Origin: Ascoidea asiatica JCM 7603
Taxonomy: Eukaryota > Fungi > Ascomycota
Assembly (NCBI GenBank): GCA_001600695.1
Contig: BCKQ01000005.1
Span: 655,543 to 719,542, forward strand
DNA: 64,000 bases
Direction of reading: 5' to 3'
Positions 11,203 to 21,472 of the stretch are shown piece after piece (the stretch's first letter is position 1; the number at the start of each line of letters is the position of its first letter). The position numbers and the translations under genes are program-made. The notes below the pieces were generated by a model. That model made no database searches and was not told the DNA's origin. It worked only from the letters and a program-made list of their open reading frames with translations.

Positions 11203-13134
11203 ATGAACACCTTATCTCCAGTTCAATCTTATGATTATAATCAAAAAAATAATCAAAATAATCAAAACAATAATAATTCTGGTAACTCAAATAATTCCAG
11301 TAACTCTATCAATAAAAGTAATCGAAATATAATTCAAAAAAATAATCAAAATAACATTAATAATTTAAATAATATGAATAATATGAGTTCTGTTAATAAC
11401 ATGAATATGAATATGAATTCCATTGATAATAATAATAATAATAATAATTCAAATCAAAATTTAGATAATTCCTTTTTATCTCCACAATTCACTCCATTTA
11501 ATGGTCTTTCTGATTTATCTTTAAATTATTCTTTATCTTCACCTCAACCTATTCCTTCAAACGGTAAAAATATTACTAATAATAATATTGGTAACAATAA
11601 TAATATGTCTCTTCAATATAATGAAGACCTAGATTCTTTAGGTTTGATTCCAACAATCACTAATACTAATACTAATAATAACAATAATAATGTCAATATT
11701 AACAATGGAAATCAAAATTCTAATAATCAAAATTTTGCTGATTTATTAAATTTACAATATTTTTCACCACCTCCAATTACTCCAATGAATTTAAATTATT
11801 CTCAATCCAATAATAACAATAACAATAACAATAATAGTAACAACTATAATAATTATAACAATAATCTTGATTCAAAAAATATCTTAATCAATAATAATAA
11901 TAATAATTCAAAAAATTCTTACTTCAATAATCCAAATGGCAACAACAATAATAATAATATAAATATTTTATCTCCAAGTTCTTGGGGTGGTAGTATAGAT
12001 TTACTTTCTCCATTTCCTGATAATTCTTTAGATAATATTACTCTAAAATCTCCTCCTTTTAGATCTCCTCCAAATAATTCTTCAATTAGATCTCCTTCTT
12101 TACAACCGATTTCAAAACAATCTTTAACAAAAGAAGAAAAATTAAGAAGAAGAAGAGAATTTCATAATGCCGTAGAAAGAAAAAGAAGAGATAATATAAA
12201 ATTTAGGATTAAAGAATTATCAAATTTAGTACCACAATCTTTATTATTATATGATGATAATGGCAAAGAAATTAAACCAAATAAAGCTATAATTTTAAAT
12301 AAAACTGTTGATTATATTACTCATTTACATCAAGTTTTAAAAGATCAAGATAAAAGAGAAATTCAAATTCTAAAACAGATTGATATTTTACAATCTTTAC
12401 CTGATCTATCTCTTGATATTCCTGATACTTTATCTACTACAATAACAGGAACTTCTATTTCTAATTCGAACTCAAATTCAAATTCAAATTCAACAAATAT
12501 ATCAAATACAATTGATACTTCAAATACAATAAATCAGTCTTATAATAGTAAAATAAAAGATAATACTAATAATATACCACTTGATCTGAATAATATTATA
12601 AATGATCCTCTTTTGCCAATAATGTCAACTTTCAATGATAATGATCCAAACTTATTACCAATTTCTGATATAAGTTCTCTATTAGATAATAATCAAAATA
12701 ATTTAAACTCAAATCCAAATCCAAATATCTTACCGGATAATGAAACTTTAATTAATGATTTCTCTTTTGATCCATTTTTAAATTTAACAAATAGTTATTC
12801 GAATTTAAATCTGAATTTAAATTCTGAAAATATTTCAGATATTCAAAATATTCCAAGTAATAATAATAGTAATAATAATAGTAATAATAATAGTAATAAT
12901 AATAGTAATAATAATAGTAATAATAATAATAATATAAATACAAATAATAATTATAACTCTAATTATCAAACTAATAATGACAGTAATAATAATAACAGTT
13001 ACAACAATAATTTCAATTCTCAAAATACTGATTTTAATTCAAATAACAATACTAATAATAATAATAACAACTTCATGGGAAATATTAATGATTATTGGGA
13101 TATTAATAGTGGAATGGATATGAAAAATTTATAA
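11203..13134 (+). CDS. RTG3: bHLH-Zip retrograde-response transcription factor
   Basis: RRRREFHNAVERKRRDNIKFRIKELSNLVPQSLLLYDDNGKEIKPNKAIILNKTVDYI matches the Rtg3 bHLH; adjacent to SFT2. Confidence 0.9.
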   Translation: MNTLSPVQSYDYNQKNNQNNQNNNNSGNSNNSSNSINKSNRNIIQKNNQNNINNLNNMNNMSSVNNMNMNMNSIDNNNNNNNSNQNLDNSFLSPQFTPFNGLSDLSLNYSLSSPQPIPSNGKNITNNNIGNNNNMSLQYNEDLDSLGLIPTITNTNTNNNNNNVNINNGNQNSNNQNFADLLNLQYFSPPPITPMNLNYSQSNNNNNNNNNSNNYNNYNNNLDSKNILINNNNNNSKNSYFNNPNGNNNNNNINILSPSSWGGSIDLLSPFPDNSLDNITLKSPPFRSPPNNSSIRSPSLQPISKQSLTKEEKLRRRREFHNAVERKRRDNIKFRIKELSNLVPQSLLLYDDNGKEIKPNKAIILNKTVDYITHLHQVLKDQDKREIQILKQIDILQSLPDLSLDIPDTLSTTITGTSISNSNSNSNSNSTNISNTIDTSNTINQSYNSKIKDNTNNIPLDLNNIINDPLLPIMSTFNDNDPNLLPISDISSLLDNNQNNLNSNPNPNILPDNETLINDFSFDPFLNLTNSYSNLNLNLNSENISDIQNIPSNNNSNNNSNNNSNNNSNNNSNNNNNINTNNNYNSNYQTNNDSNNNNSYNNNFNSQNTDFNSNNNTNNNNNNFMGNINDYWDINSGMDMKNL

Positions 13135-13954
13135 TCTATAATTTATACCTTTTAATAAAAATTTAACGATCCAATTATCTAATGATATTGTTTTTTTTGC
13201 TTTCATATATTTCATTCATCTATTGCTTTTTCAACTCTTCTTTTGGTACTAATCTCCTCTTTGATTATTGTAAATTAATTTTTTATCAAAAATCTATACT
13301 ATTTGTCATTTATATATAAGAGTATATATTACTATATTCGAGGTAATATTCAGGTATTATTAATGTTTTATTTTCTGAATTATTTATATGAGTATATTCA
13401 TATTTATAGCTATTATACAAATGATTTTTTGTTATTTTTTTTTTAAATTTTTGTTTCTCATATACTTTTAAATACATTTATTTCTGATTAAAAATATATA
13501 TGTACATTATTTGATTAATAATTTGATTATATTGTGTGTATTTATTATATTTGAGTCTAAATAGTTTCAATAATAGTAAAAGTAAAAAGGTCATTGCCCA
13601 AAGTTTAAAGTCATAATCATGAATAATAAATAATGAATAATAATGGTTAAAGTAAAATAGAAATAAGTAATAAATAATAAAATAATAGAGCAATAACTAA
13701 TAAAATGTATAAAATAAAGAATATTGGAACAAAAAATAATAAATAATATAAATACGGATAATTACAAATATATAGATACTTAGAAAACAGTAAAAGTAGT
13801 AGTAATAGTAATGGTAACAAATAACAATGAGAACAACAAGAATCTGAAACAATAAATTGAAAAAAAAAAGATTAATGAAATAAATGCAAAAGAATTAAAT
13901 ATTAAAAATAGAAGAGTAAGTTGAGAAAATCAAAAAAAAAAAAAAAAATTCAAA

Positions 13955-15725
13955 CTAATTCCTTTTTTCAAAAGACCATTTAAAGTTCGGAATATTCTCA
14001 AGCACAGCCCATTCAGTTAAAATTGCACAACTGTAAGCAGAAACTTGTTGTAAACCGAGATAATTATTAAAAGGTAAATAAAAGAAATCCTCAATTGGAT
14101 TTTGAGAATTATTTTCATTATTTTTCATATTAAAAAATTCAATCATTCCAATTTTTTTTGAGTTTAAATTTGAATTTGAATTTATTGATGGTGAAAAGAA
14201 ATATTTATTTTTAAATGATAAATTTTTAGAAAAAGTTTTTGGAAATGACATTTCAATAGTTTTAAAATTTAAATATTCTTCACCTTTTAAATAATCAGAT
14301 TTTGCACAATCAGTAAATTTTAAAATTGAAGGCATTAAATTAATAATTTTATCATTAATTTCTTCAATTTCTTCATTATCTTCATTTGTTTTTGATTGTT
14401 GATTTTTAATATCATCTTTTCTTTTAATTAATCTATTAATTTTTTGAACAATTAAAGATCTCATATGTTCAAAAATAGTTGATTTAATTTGAAAACATAA
14501 ACCAGTAATAGCAGTATTTATTCTATTTGTTTTAATTGAAAAATCAATAATTAATTGAATATAAGGTATTAAAGTTTTCCAATTTCTTTCAGTTGGTAAT
14601 AATTTTTCATGAATTTTTGCTTTATCTTCATAATTAAAAGCTAAAATATAAGTTAATAAAGAATCTAAAGAAATGATAATATATAACATTCTATTTGGTA
14701 AATTATTTGAATTATTATCTCTAATTCTATCAGCTTCACGTTTTCTTTGTTTTGCTCTTTCAGACCAATAATTTTTTTTATTTAATAAATGATTTCTAGT
14801 TGAGTCTTTAATATTTGAATTTCTTTCTCTATATGGTAAGTGATGAGAACCTAAAGAAGAAACGGATCTTGGAGAAGCAGTTCCATTTGAAGTTTTATTA
14901 TTTAAAGGTTTATTCAAAGGCAAAGTTACTGGTATAGATATAGGTATAGGAGTAGGTTTTGATATTGGTTTTGATATTGGTTTTGATATTGGTTTTGATA
15001 TTGGTTTTGATATTGGTTTTGATATTGGTTTTGATATTGGTTTTGATGATGTTGGTTTCGGTTTTGGTATAGGTATAGGAGGAGATATAGATGGTGATTC
15101 AGATTTGATTTTATCTTTAGATTTAGAATTAGAATTGGAATTAGAATTAGATATAGATATAGATATAGGAGTAGGTTTAGGAATAAGAATTGGATTAGAG
15201 ATTGGAATATTTTTAGAAGTATTTTTGGAAGTATTTTTAGAAATTGAAATTGATATAGGTGGTTTTGATATAGGAACAGGTGAAGATTGATGAATATTAT
15301 TATTATTAATATTATTATTATTATTAAGATGAATTGGAGATAATAAGCCAGTATTTTGATTATATTTTGTAATTGGTTTATTGATAATATTTAAATCTTT
15401 CAAATTTTTATTTATTAGAGGTTTATTAATATTTTTAATATTTTTGATATTTTTAATATTTTTAATATTTTTAACATTTATTGAATAATGGAGTATAACA
15501 ACTAAGGATTTTTTAGATGAATTTAAAGTATAAAGATTCAAACCATTTTTAAAAGTTTTTATTTTACTATTTATATTATTATTTATATTATTATTTATAT
15601 TATCATTATTGATATTGGAAAAAGAAGTATTAAAAGAAGATGGAGAATTATAAATTGAAGGAATTGTTGGAGATAACATTTTTGGTAAATCATCATCATC
15701 AGAATCTGAGTTATTAACTTTTGAA

Positions 15726-15756
<31 letters not shown>

Positions 15757-16219
15757 TATTATTATTATTATTATCAGTTGTAGAATTGTTGGAGATATCA
15801 TTATTTAAATCTAATTTATCATTATTTAAGTTATTTAAATTATTTAAATCTGATAAAGAATTAGTCCAAGGAGGTAAAGTTGGAGATAATATTGGAGGTA
15901 AAGAACCATTTTTTTCGAAATTTAATAGAGTTAATTTTTCATCCCAAGTTAAATTTGAATTTGAGTTTGAGTTAATAATATCTTTATTTGGTATATTAGA
16001 TTGTGGTAAGGGAGTTGAACTTCTTAAAGAAGTATTAGATTGATTGTTATTATTACTGTTGTTGTTGTTGCTGTTGTTGTTATTGTGGTTGTTGTTATTA
16101 TTACTATTATTGTTAGTATTAGATAAATTGTTTGCTTGTTTAGCTTTCGATTTCTTTAGTTTATAAGCGGCTAAAACAGAGGCATTTGAAGAAGTTGTAT
16201 TGGTAAATATAGTAGACAT
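13955..16219 (-). CDS. Low-complexity protein with C-terminal helical domain; candidate Ebp1/AF4(AFF)-like ELL-binding protein
   Basis: Two LPP(I/M)LSPT(L/I)P-like motifs and a KPIS repeat. The C-terminal YWSERAKQRKREADR...SLDSLLTYILAFNYED...RNWKTLIPY resembles the Ebp1_C / AF4 C-terminal homology pattern. The ORF is certain; the family call is from memory. Confidence 0.55.
14955..15047 (-). repeat. 12-bp tandem repeat (about 7.7 copies) encoding (KPIS)n
   Basis: (GGTTTTGATATT)x7 plus a partial copy on the + strand. Confidence 0.95.
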
Positions 16220-16639
16220 TTTAAATTAAAAAAAAAATATAGAATATCGTCATTATATTTCTAAAAGTTGGGCATATCAAGAAGTTTCTTGTGAATGTTG
16301 TTTAATGGATATGATTGATTTTTTAAAAGGGTAGTTTTAGTCTTTTGAATTAAGGAACTATTAGTCAGATAATTTGAATATATTCAGTTTGTTTATTAAT
16401 TATAATCTATTGAATGGGGATCTATTTATTGTCCATTATTTATTGATTCAGTTACTTCTGATTTATTTATTTCTTTATTTATGACTGTTATTGATTGATT
16501 ATTATTTATTCTTTATTGATTATTGATTACTGTTTATTGATTCTTTATTTCCATGTTCTTCAGCTGCTTCTGCTTCTGCTTCTGCTTCTGTTTCTGTTTC
16601 TGTTTTTGTTGTATTTTCTTCTTTTTTGTTTCTGACAAT

Positions 16640-16970
16640 CTCAAAACTGGCGTCGGCCGGGTGACCGCCGGCTGCATGCCCAAGCGGTCCACCACGAGAC
16701 CAGCACTGCGGGGTTCCTCCAGGTCTGGACTACTGGTCTTTATATTATCAAATTAGTACGTAATATCACGTTTTGTAAATTTTATACGGAAATATCCGTA
16801 TAAAAGTTCCGTTGCATGGTCAGGTTCTATACGTATTGGTTTCTGCTTCGGATGGTTGTTTCAACTTATTCTAGTTGCCGGCACCTGACTGTCCGCCTTC
16901 TTTCTCTGTATAAACACCAGTGCAACAGTAACGTTACTGTATACCGGTACAATTATGTACCGGTATGTTT
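16640..16970. promoter_or_regulatory. Divergent promoter island with three palindromes
   Basis: TTTTATACGGA-aata-TCCGTATAAAA at 16780-16805; ACAGTAACGTTACTGT at 16925-16940; ATACCGGTACA-atta-TGTACCGGTAT at 16941-16966; Reb1-like CCGGGTGA at about 16657. Confidence 0.6.
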
Positions 16971-17352
16971 TTTAAAAAATAATAAACTAAATAAAATACT
17001 AAGTTACTTTGATTTATATTTTAATCAATATTTAAAATAAAGGTGGAATAGAATAGTTATTATCTGATTTAATAATCAAATTTAAATATTTATCCATTTC
17101 ATTTGAAATAATTTACTGTATTATTGGTTTCATTTATATAAATATTAAAGAAGAAATATACAAAAAAATTAGAAAACGAAATTTTTGAAAACAAATTGGT
17201 ACGTTTTTTATTCATTTGCAATTTTTATTTTACTAACTTAAACCTTTTTAATCCCTTTCATATTATCTTATCTTATTTTATTTCAATTATTACTTGATTA
17301 TTACTTGATTATTATTTGGTTATTATTTGGTTATTATTTAATTATTATCTTA

Positions 17353-19116
17353 ATGTATTCTCGTCAGTATAATATAGTCGAACCTCGAACTTCACTTTCA
17401 AATCCTCAATCTCAATCTCAATCTCAAACTAAGACTCAATCACGCTCTGAAACTCAAAATACAAACATGAATCAAAATCAAAATCAAAATACTCAATCAA
17501 ATTCATCAAATAATAATAATAATAATGGAAAAGATTATCCAGATTCTTTACAAACTTTTTCAATTAATTGTTTTAATTTATCAAAAAAATTAAATTTTAA
17601 TAATAATCAAAAAAATTTAATGCAATCTCAATTAAAAGAATTAATTAAAAAAGCTGCAATTGAAAATAAAATTTGGTCAAATGATTGGTTAAATCAACAT
17701 TTACCAATATTCACTAATAATAAAAAACCACTTGATTTGATTTGTAATTTAAATATCACAAATAATAATACAATTAATAATTTAAAAAGAACTTTTTCAA
17801 ATATAAGTGATAATAATAATAATAATAATAATAATAACGAAAATAATGATAATGATGATTTTAATAACGAATTTTATAATGAAAATAATGAAAATAATGA
17901 AAATAATGAAAATTACTTAAGTGAAGAAAAAAAAAAATTAAGATCTCAAAGATTTGCAAAAGAATTAAATTATAATCAATCAAATTCTTGTGAAGATGAT
18001 ACTTCAAAATATTCTGGTCATGTAATTGGTACTTGTACAACCATTGAAAAATCTTATCTTAGATTAACTTCTGATCCAATTCCATCAAATGTTAGGCCTT
18101 TATATATTTTAAGTCAAGCTTTAAATTTAGTTCTAGAAAAATTTTTTGATCCTTTAAATCTTTCAACTTATAATTATTTAAATGATCAATTAAAATCAAT
18201 TAGACAAGATTTAATAATTCAAGCTCTTGAAAATCAATTTACAATTAAAGTTTATGAAACTCATGCAAAAATTGCAATTTTAAATAATGATCTTGGTGAA
18301 TATAATCAATGTCAATCAAGATTAAAATATTTATATAAAATTTCTCCAATTTCTTCAAAACCAAATGAAGATGAATTTATTTCTTATAGAATTTTATATT
18401 TTATTTTAACAGAAAATTTTCAAGAAATTTGTTTAATAAAATTAAATTTAAAAAAATTTTTTATTTCAAATTCAAGAGATTTAAATTATTTTATTAAAAA
18501 TTCTTTAGAATTATCAAATTATACTTTTAATTCAAATTATCATTTTTTTTTTAAATTACATAATCATCTCTTACATCAATATCATAAATATATTAAATTA
18601 AATAAAAATTCTTTACCAAAAGATCTTGATCAATTTAATTTCATTAATCATCATAATAAAGTTGATTTATTCAATTCTTTTTTAAATCAATCAAATTCTA
18701 ATTCCACAAATTCTTCTTCAAATTTAAAAAATTTAGATTCAAAAGAAAAAAAAAAATTAAATTCAAATTCAAATATTAATAATATTAATAATAATAACAG
18801 TAATAAAAATTTTCCAAATTTAATTTTTTTTTTACTTTTAATTAATAATTTTTTAAATAGAGAAAGAATTAAATCATTATCAAGATTTTGTAAGATTTAT
18901 ATGAAAATTTCAACAAATTTCATTTTAAATGAATTAAAATTTTTAAATAAAAATAAATTAGAAGAATTTTTTAAAAAAAATAATTTAAATCAATTTTTAA
19001 TATTTGATTCATCAAAAAATGATGTAACTTTTTTTGATACTAGAAAAGCAAAACCATATGTTGAAGAATTGGAAAATAAATTATGTAGAAAAATTGATAT
19101 AAAAGGCCAAGTTTGA
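17353..19116 (+). CDS. THP3: SAC3/GANP-family PCI protein Thp3 (LENG8 orthologue)
   Basis: VIGTCTTIEKSYLRLTSDP..VRP, YLNDQLKSIRQDL, VYETHAKIAI..DLGEYNQCQ and C-terminal KIDIKGQV. The first ATG is at 17353; the track's start at 17305 is TTG. Confidence 0.9.
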   Translation: MYSRQYNIVEPRTSLSNPQSQSQSQTKTQSRSETQNTNMNQNQNQNTQSNSSNNNNNNGKDYPDSLQTFSINCFNLSKKLNFNNNQKNLMQSQLKELIKKAAIENKIWSNDWLNQHLPIFTNNKKPLDLICNLNITNNNTINNLKRTFSNISDNNNNNNNNNENNDNDDFNNEFYNENNENNENNENYLSEEKKKLRSQRFAKELNYNQSNSCEDDTSKYSGHVIGTCTTIEKSYLRLTSDPIPSNVRPLYILSQALNLVLEKFFDPLNLSTYNYLNDQLKSIRQDLIIQALENQFTIKVYETHAKIAILNNDLGEYNQCQSRLKYLYKISPISSKPNEDEFISYRILYFILTENFQEICLIKLNLKKFFISNSRDLNYFIKNSLELSNYTFNSNYHFFFKLHNHLLHQYHKYIKLNKNSLPKDLDQFNFINHHNKVDLFNSFLNQSNSNSTNSSSNLKNLDSKEKKKLNSNSNINNINNNNSNKNFPNLIFFLLLINNFLNRERIKSLSRFCKIYMKISTNFILNELKFLNKNKLEEFFKKNNLNQFLIFDSSKNDVTFFDTRKAKPYVEELENKLCRKIDIKGQV

Positions 19117-19778
19117 ATTTTTATTTTTTATATAGTATAATTTAGTTTAGATTTTTATTTATTTCTTAATTTTTTTTTGTTTATTTATTTATCTAGTTGT
19201 TTATTTTTCTCCAATTGTTTATATATTTCATTTATTTTACTTTCCATGAAATTCTTTAATCCATTAATTAATTGGTTTGTTTTCTTATTTTGCTGCTTTC
19301 CAAAAGATATGTTTTGATAAAATAATTTTATAAAGTATTTCAATCCAATTTGTTATTTCTCACATTTTTTTTTAGGTTTATTTTCTTTTTGGATTTGAAC
19401 TTTTTGTTAGCTTTATTTGTTTTTATTTCATTTCGTTATCATCATTTTTTTTTCCATTAGAGATATGCCTTTAAAGATCAAATTAATTTATACTTTGAAA
19501 CTAGGGTTACAATTATATTAAAAAAAAAAAATTATATGGTGAAGTAATTCAGATCAAATTGCTGGGAAAGAGAAAAAAAAGAATTATTATGAACTAGAAT
19601 TCAGAACCACATCAGTGAAAAAAAAAAAAGAATTGACTTGTTAGAATATTTGGAACAAAATTGTTAGACTATTAATTGATAAAAGGAAGTTAAAGTATAT
19701 ATATATAAATCCTATTTTGAGTACACAGCTGAATTATATAAAAAAAGAAAAAGTTCATATGGAAAAAAAAAATAGTCT

Positions 19779-20495
19779 TCAATCAAAAGATGGTGCAAGT
19801 GCTAAAATTGAGAAGTTGAATTTATTAGCATCTCCAGAACTATTCATATAATACAGAATTTTGTCTATAATTTTTTTTTCATTTAAAATATCACCATTTG
19901 GATCTTCAGCTTCTCCAAGATCAATTGGTTGAACTCTTCTACCATCTAATTCATATAAATGATTATCTTTGATACTCTTAGTAAACGTTATAAAATGTAG
20001 ATCCATTTTTGTATCAGCTGAAGGAGCTTCAGTATCTCCATCTTCTGCAATACTTGAATATTCTTTTTCAAGTTCATCAACCATTTGAACTCTTTGATCT
20101 GAAGTTGAAGTTTTTGCCTTCAAAAAGAACTTTTTAATTTCTGAATCTGGCCTTAAATATTTATCATAATTGATATTTCCTAGACAGTGAAGTAAAGCAT
20201 ACAATCCACAAGCATTATTGATGACCTGTTTAAACCACATTATATTCTCTTCATATCCATATTTGTTATATGGCTTCAATTCTTTATCTTGTTCTGTTCT
20301 TTCAATTTCAAAATTATTGGTGATTGGAAACAATAAAATAAGTCCCAAGCAAGGTCTTGGAATAAAAGCAAGAAGTTCTTTTTCTGTTAAAGAATAAACA
20401 TCTTGAAATTCTACTGAACTATTCAATCCGAATCTTCTAGCAAGTTCATTGAATATTCTTGGATTCGACTCCAAAGGAACCACAGCTTTTGGCAT
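19779..20495 (-). CDS. YUH1: Ubiquitin C-terminal hydrolase (peptidase C12)
   Basis: VVPLESNP, KQVINNACGLYALLH (catalytic Cys), LHFITF (His), LYELDGRR (Asp). ATG at 20495. Confidence 0.95.
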   Translation of the reverse strand: MPKAVVPLESNPRIFNELARRFGLNSSVEFQDVYSLTEKELLAFIPRPCLGLILLFPITNNFEIERTEQDKELKPYNKYGYEENIMWFKQVINNACGLYALLHCLGNINYDKYLRPDSEIKKFFLKAKTSTSDQRVQMVDELEKEYSSIAEDGDTEAPSADTKMDLHFITFTKSIKDNHLYELDGRRVQPIDLGEAEDPNGDILNEKKIIDKILYYMNSSGDANKFNFSILALAPSFD

Positions 20496-21472
20496 CTTTA
20501 TAAACAATAATGGAAATTTAATTATTCAGTTGAATTGATTGTGATTGGAATAGCAAACAAATTTAATCTAGAAATGCTTTAGCAAGAGATACTGAATATA
20601 TATACATAACACCCTTTGGTGTGCGAGTGTTTGATTGCCTTTCGACGTGAAGCTGCGACGCTAACCCCGATGCCATCTTTTATTTTCACCACTCATTCTA
20701 AAACGGGTTTAAAAAAAAGGTTTATTGATAAATCTTGAAGGCAGTGAAATATAAAATGAAAATTGCCAAAATCATATCAAATTTTATAGTGAAGCTAAGT
20801 ATTGAAAGCTAATAGAATTTCCTCGGAATTCTAAAGACCTTTTTCACTGATTAAAGAGCTCAATATTAATGGTGATCTATTATATCAGTATCATGCATTT
20901 CATGATAAGGATATGACAAGAATACGCGTGAAATAATAAATTGAAAAAGGAACTAAGTTCATACATAATTCATAATTTATTTATTATTATTTATTATTTA
21001 TTATTTTCTATAGTACAAATTAAAAAATTACTGTTAATATCAACATTTAAACCAAGTGGATTATTGAAACGAGCCAAACCTTATATTATATATACAAATA
21101 AATGAATCAAGCAAAAGTTAATCAAAAAATAAAACAAAAAATTCATTGGAATTGAAATAAGCTTTCAACACGAAAAAGAAATATTGAAAAATGAAATAGT
21201 GAACAAAAAGGGAAATAGAAGTGAAAAATTAAATGAAATCAAAAATGAGAATGAGAACGAAAATGAAAATAAGAATGAACATGAATATAAATTTAAAAAT
21301 AAAAATAAAATGAAACTGAAGGCGAAACTGAGAATGAAAAATAAAATGAAAAATAAAGATAAAAAAGAAAAATAAACTAAAAAGAATAAAGTGATTTAAG
21401 AAATTGAAAAAAATTGGACATTCAAACATGAAAATATATTATAAGAAAAATAAAAAAAAAAAAACCATTCAA

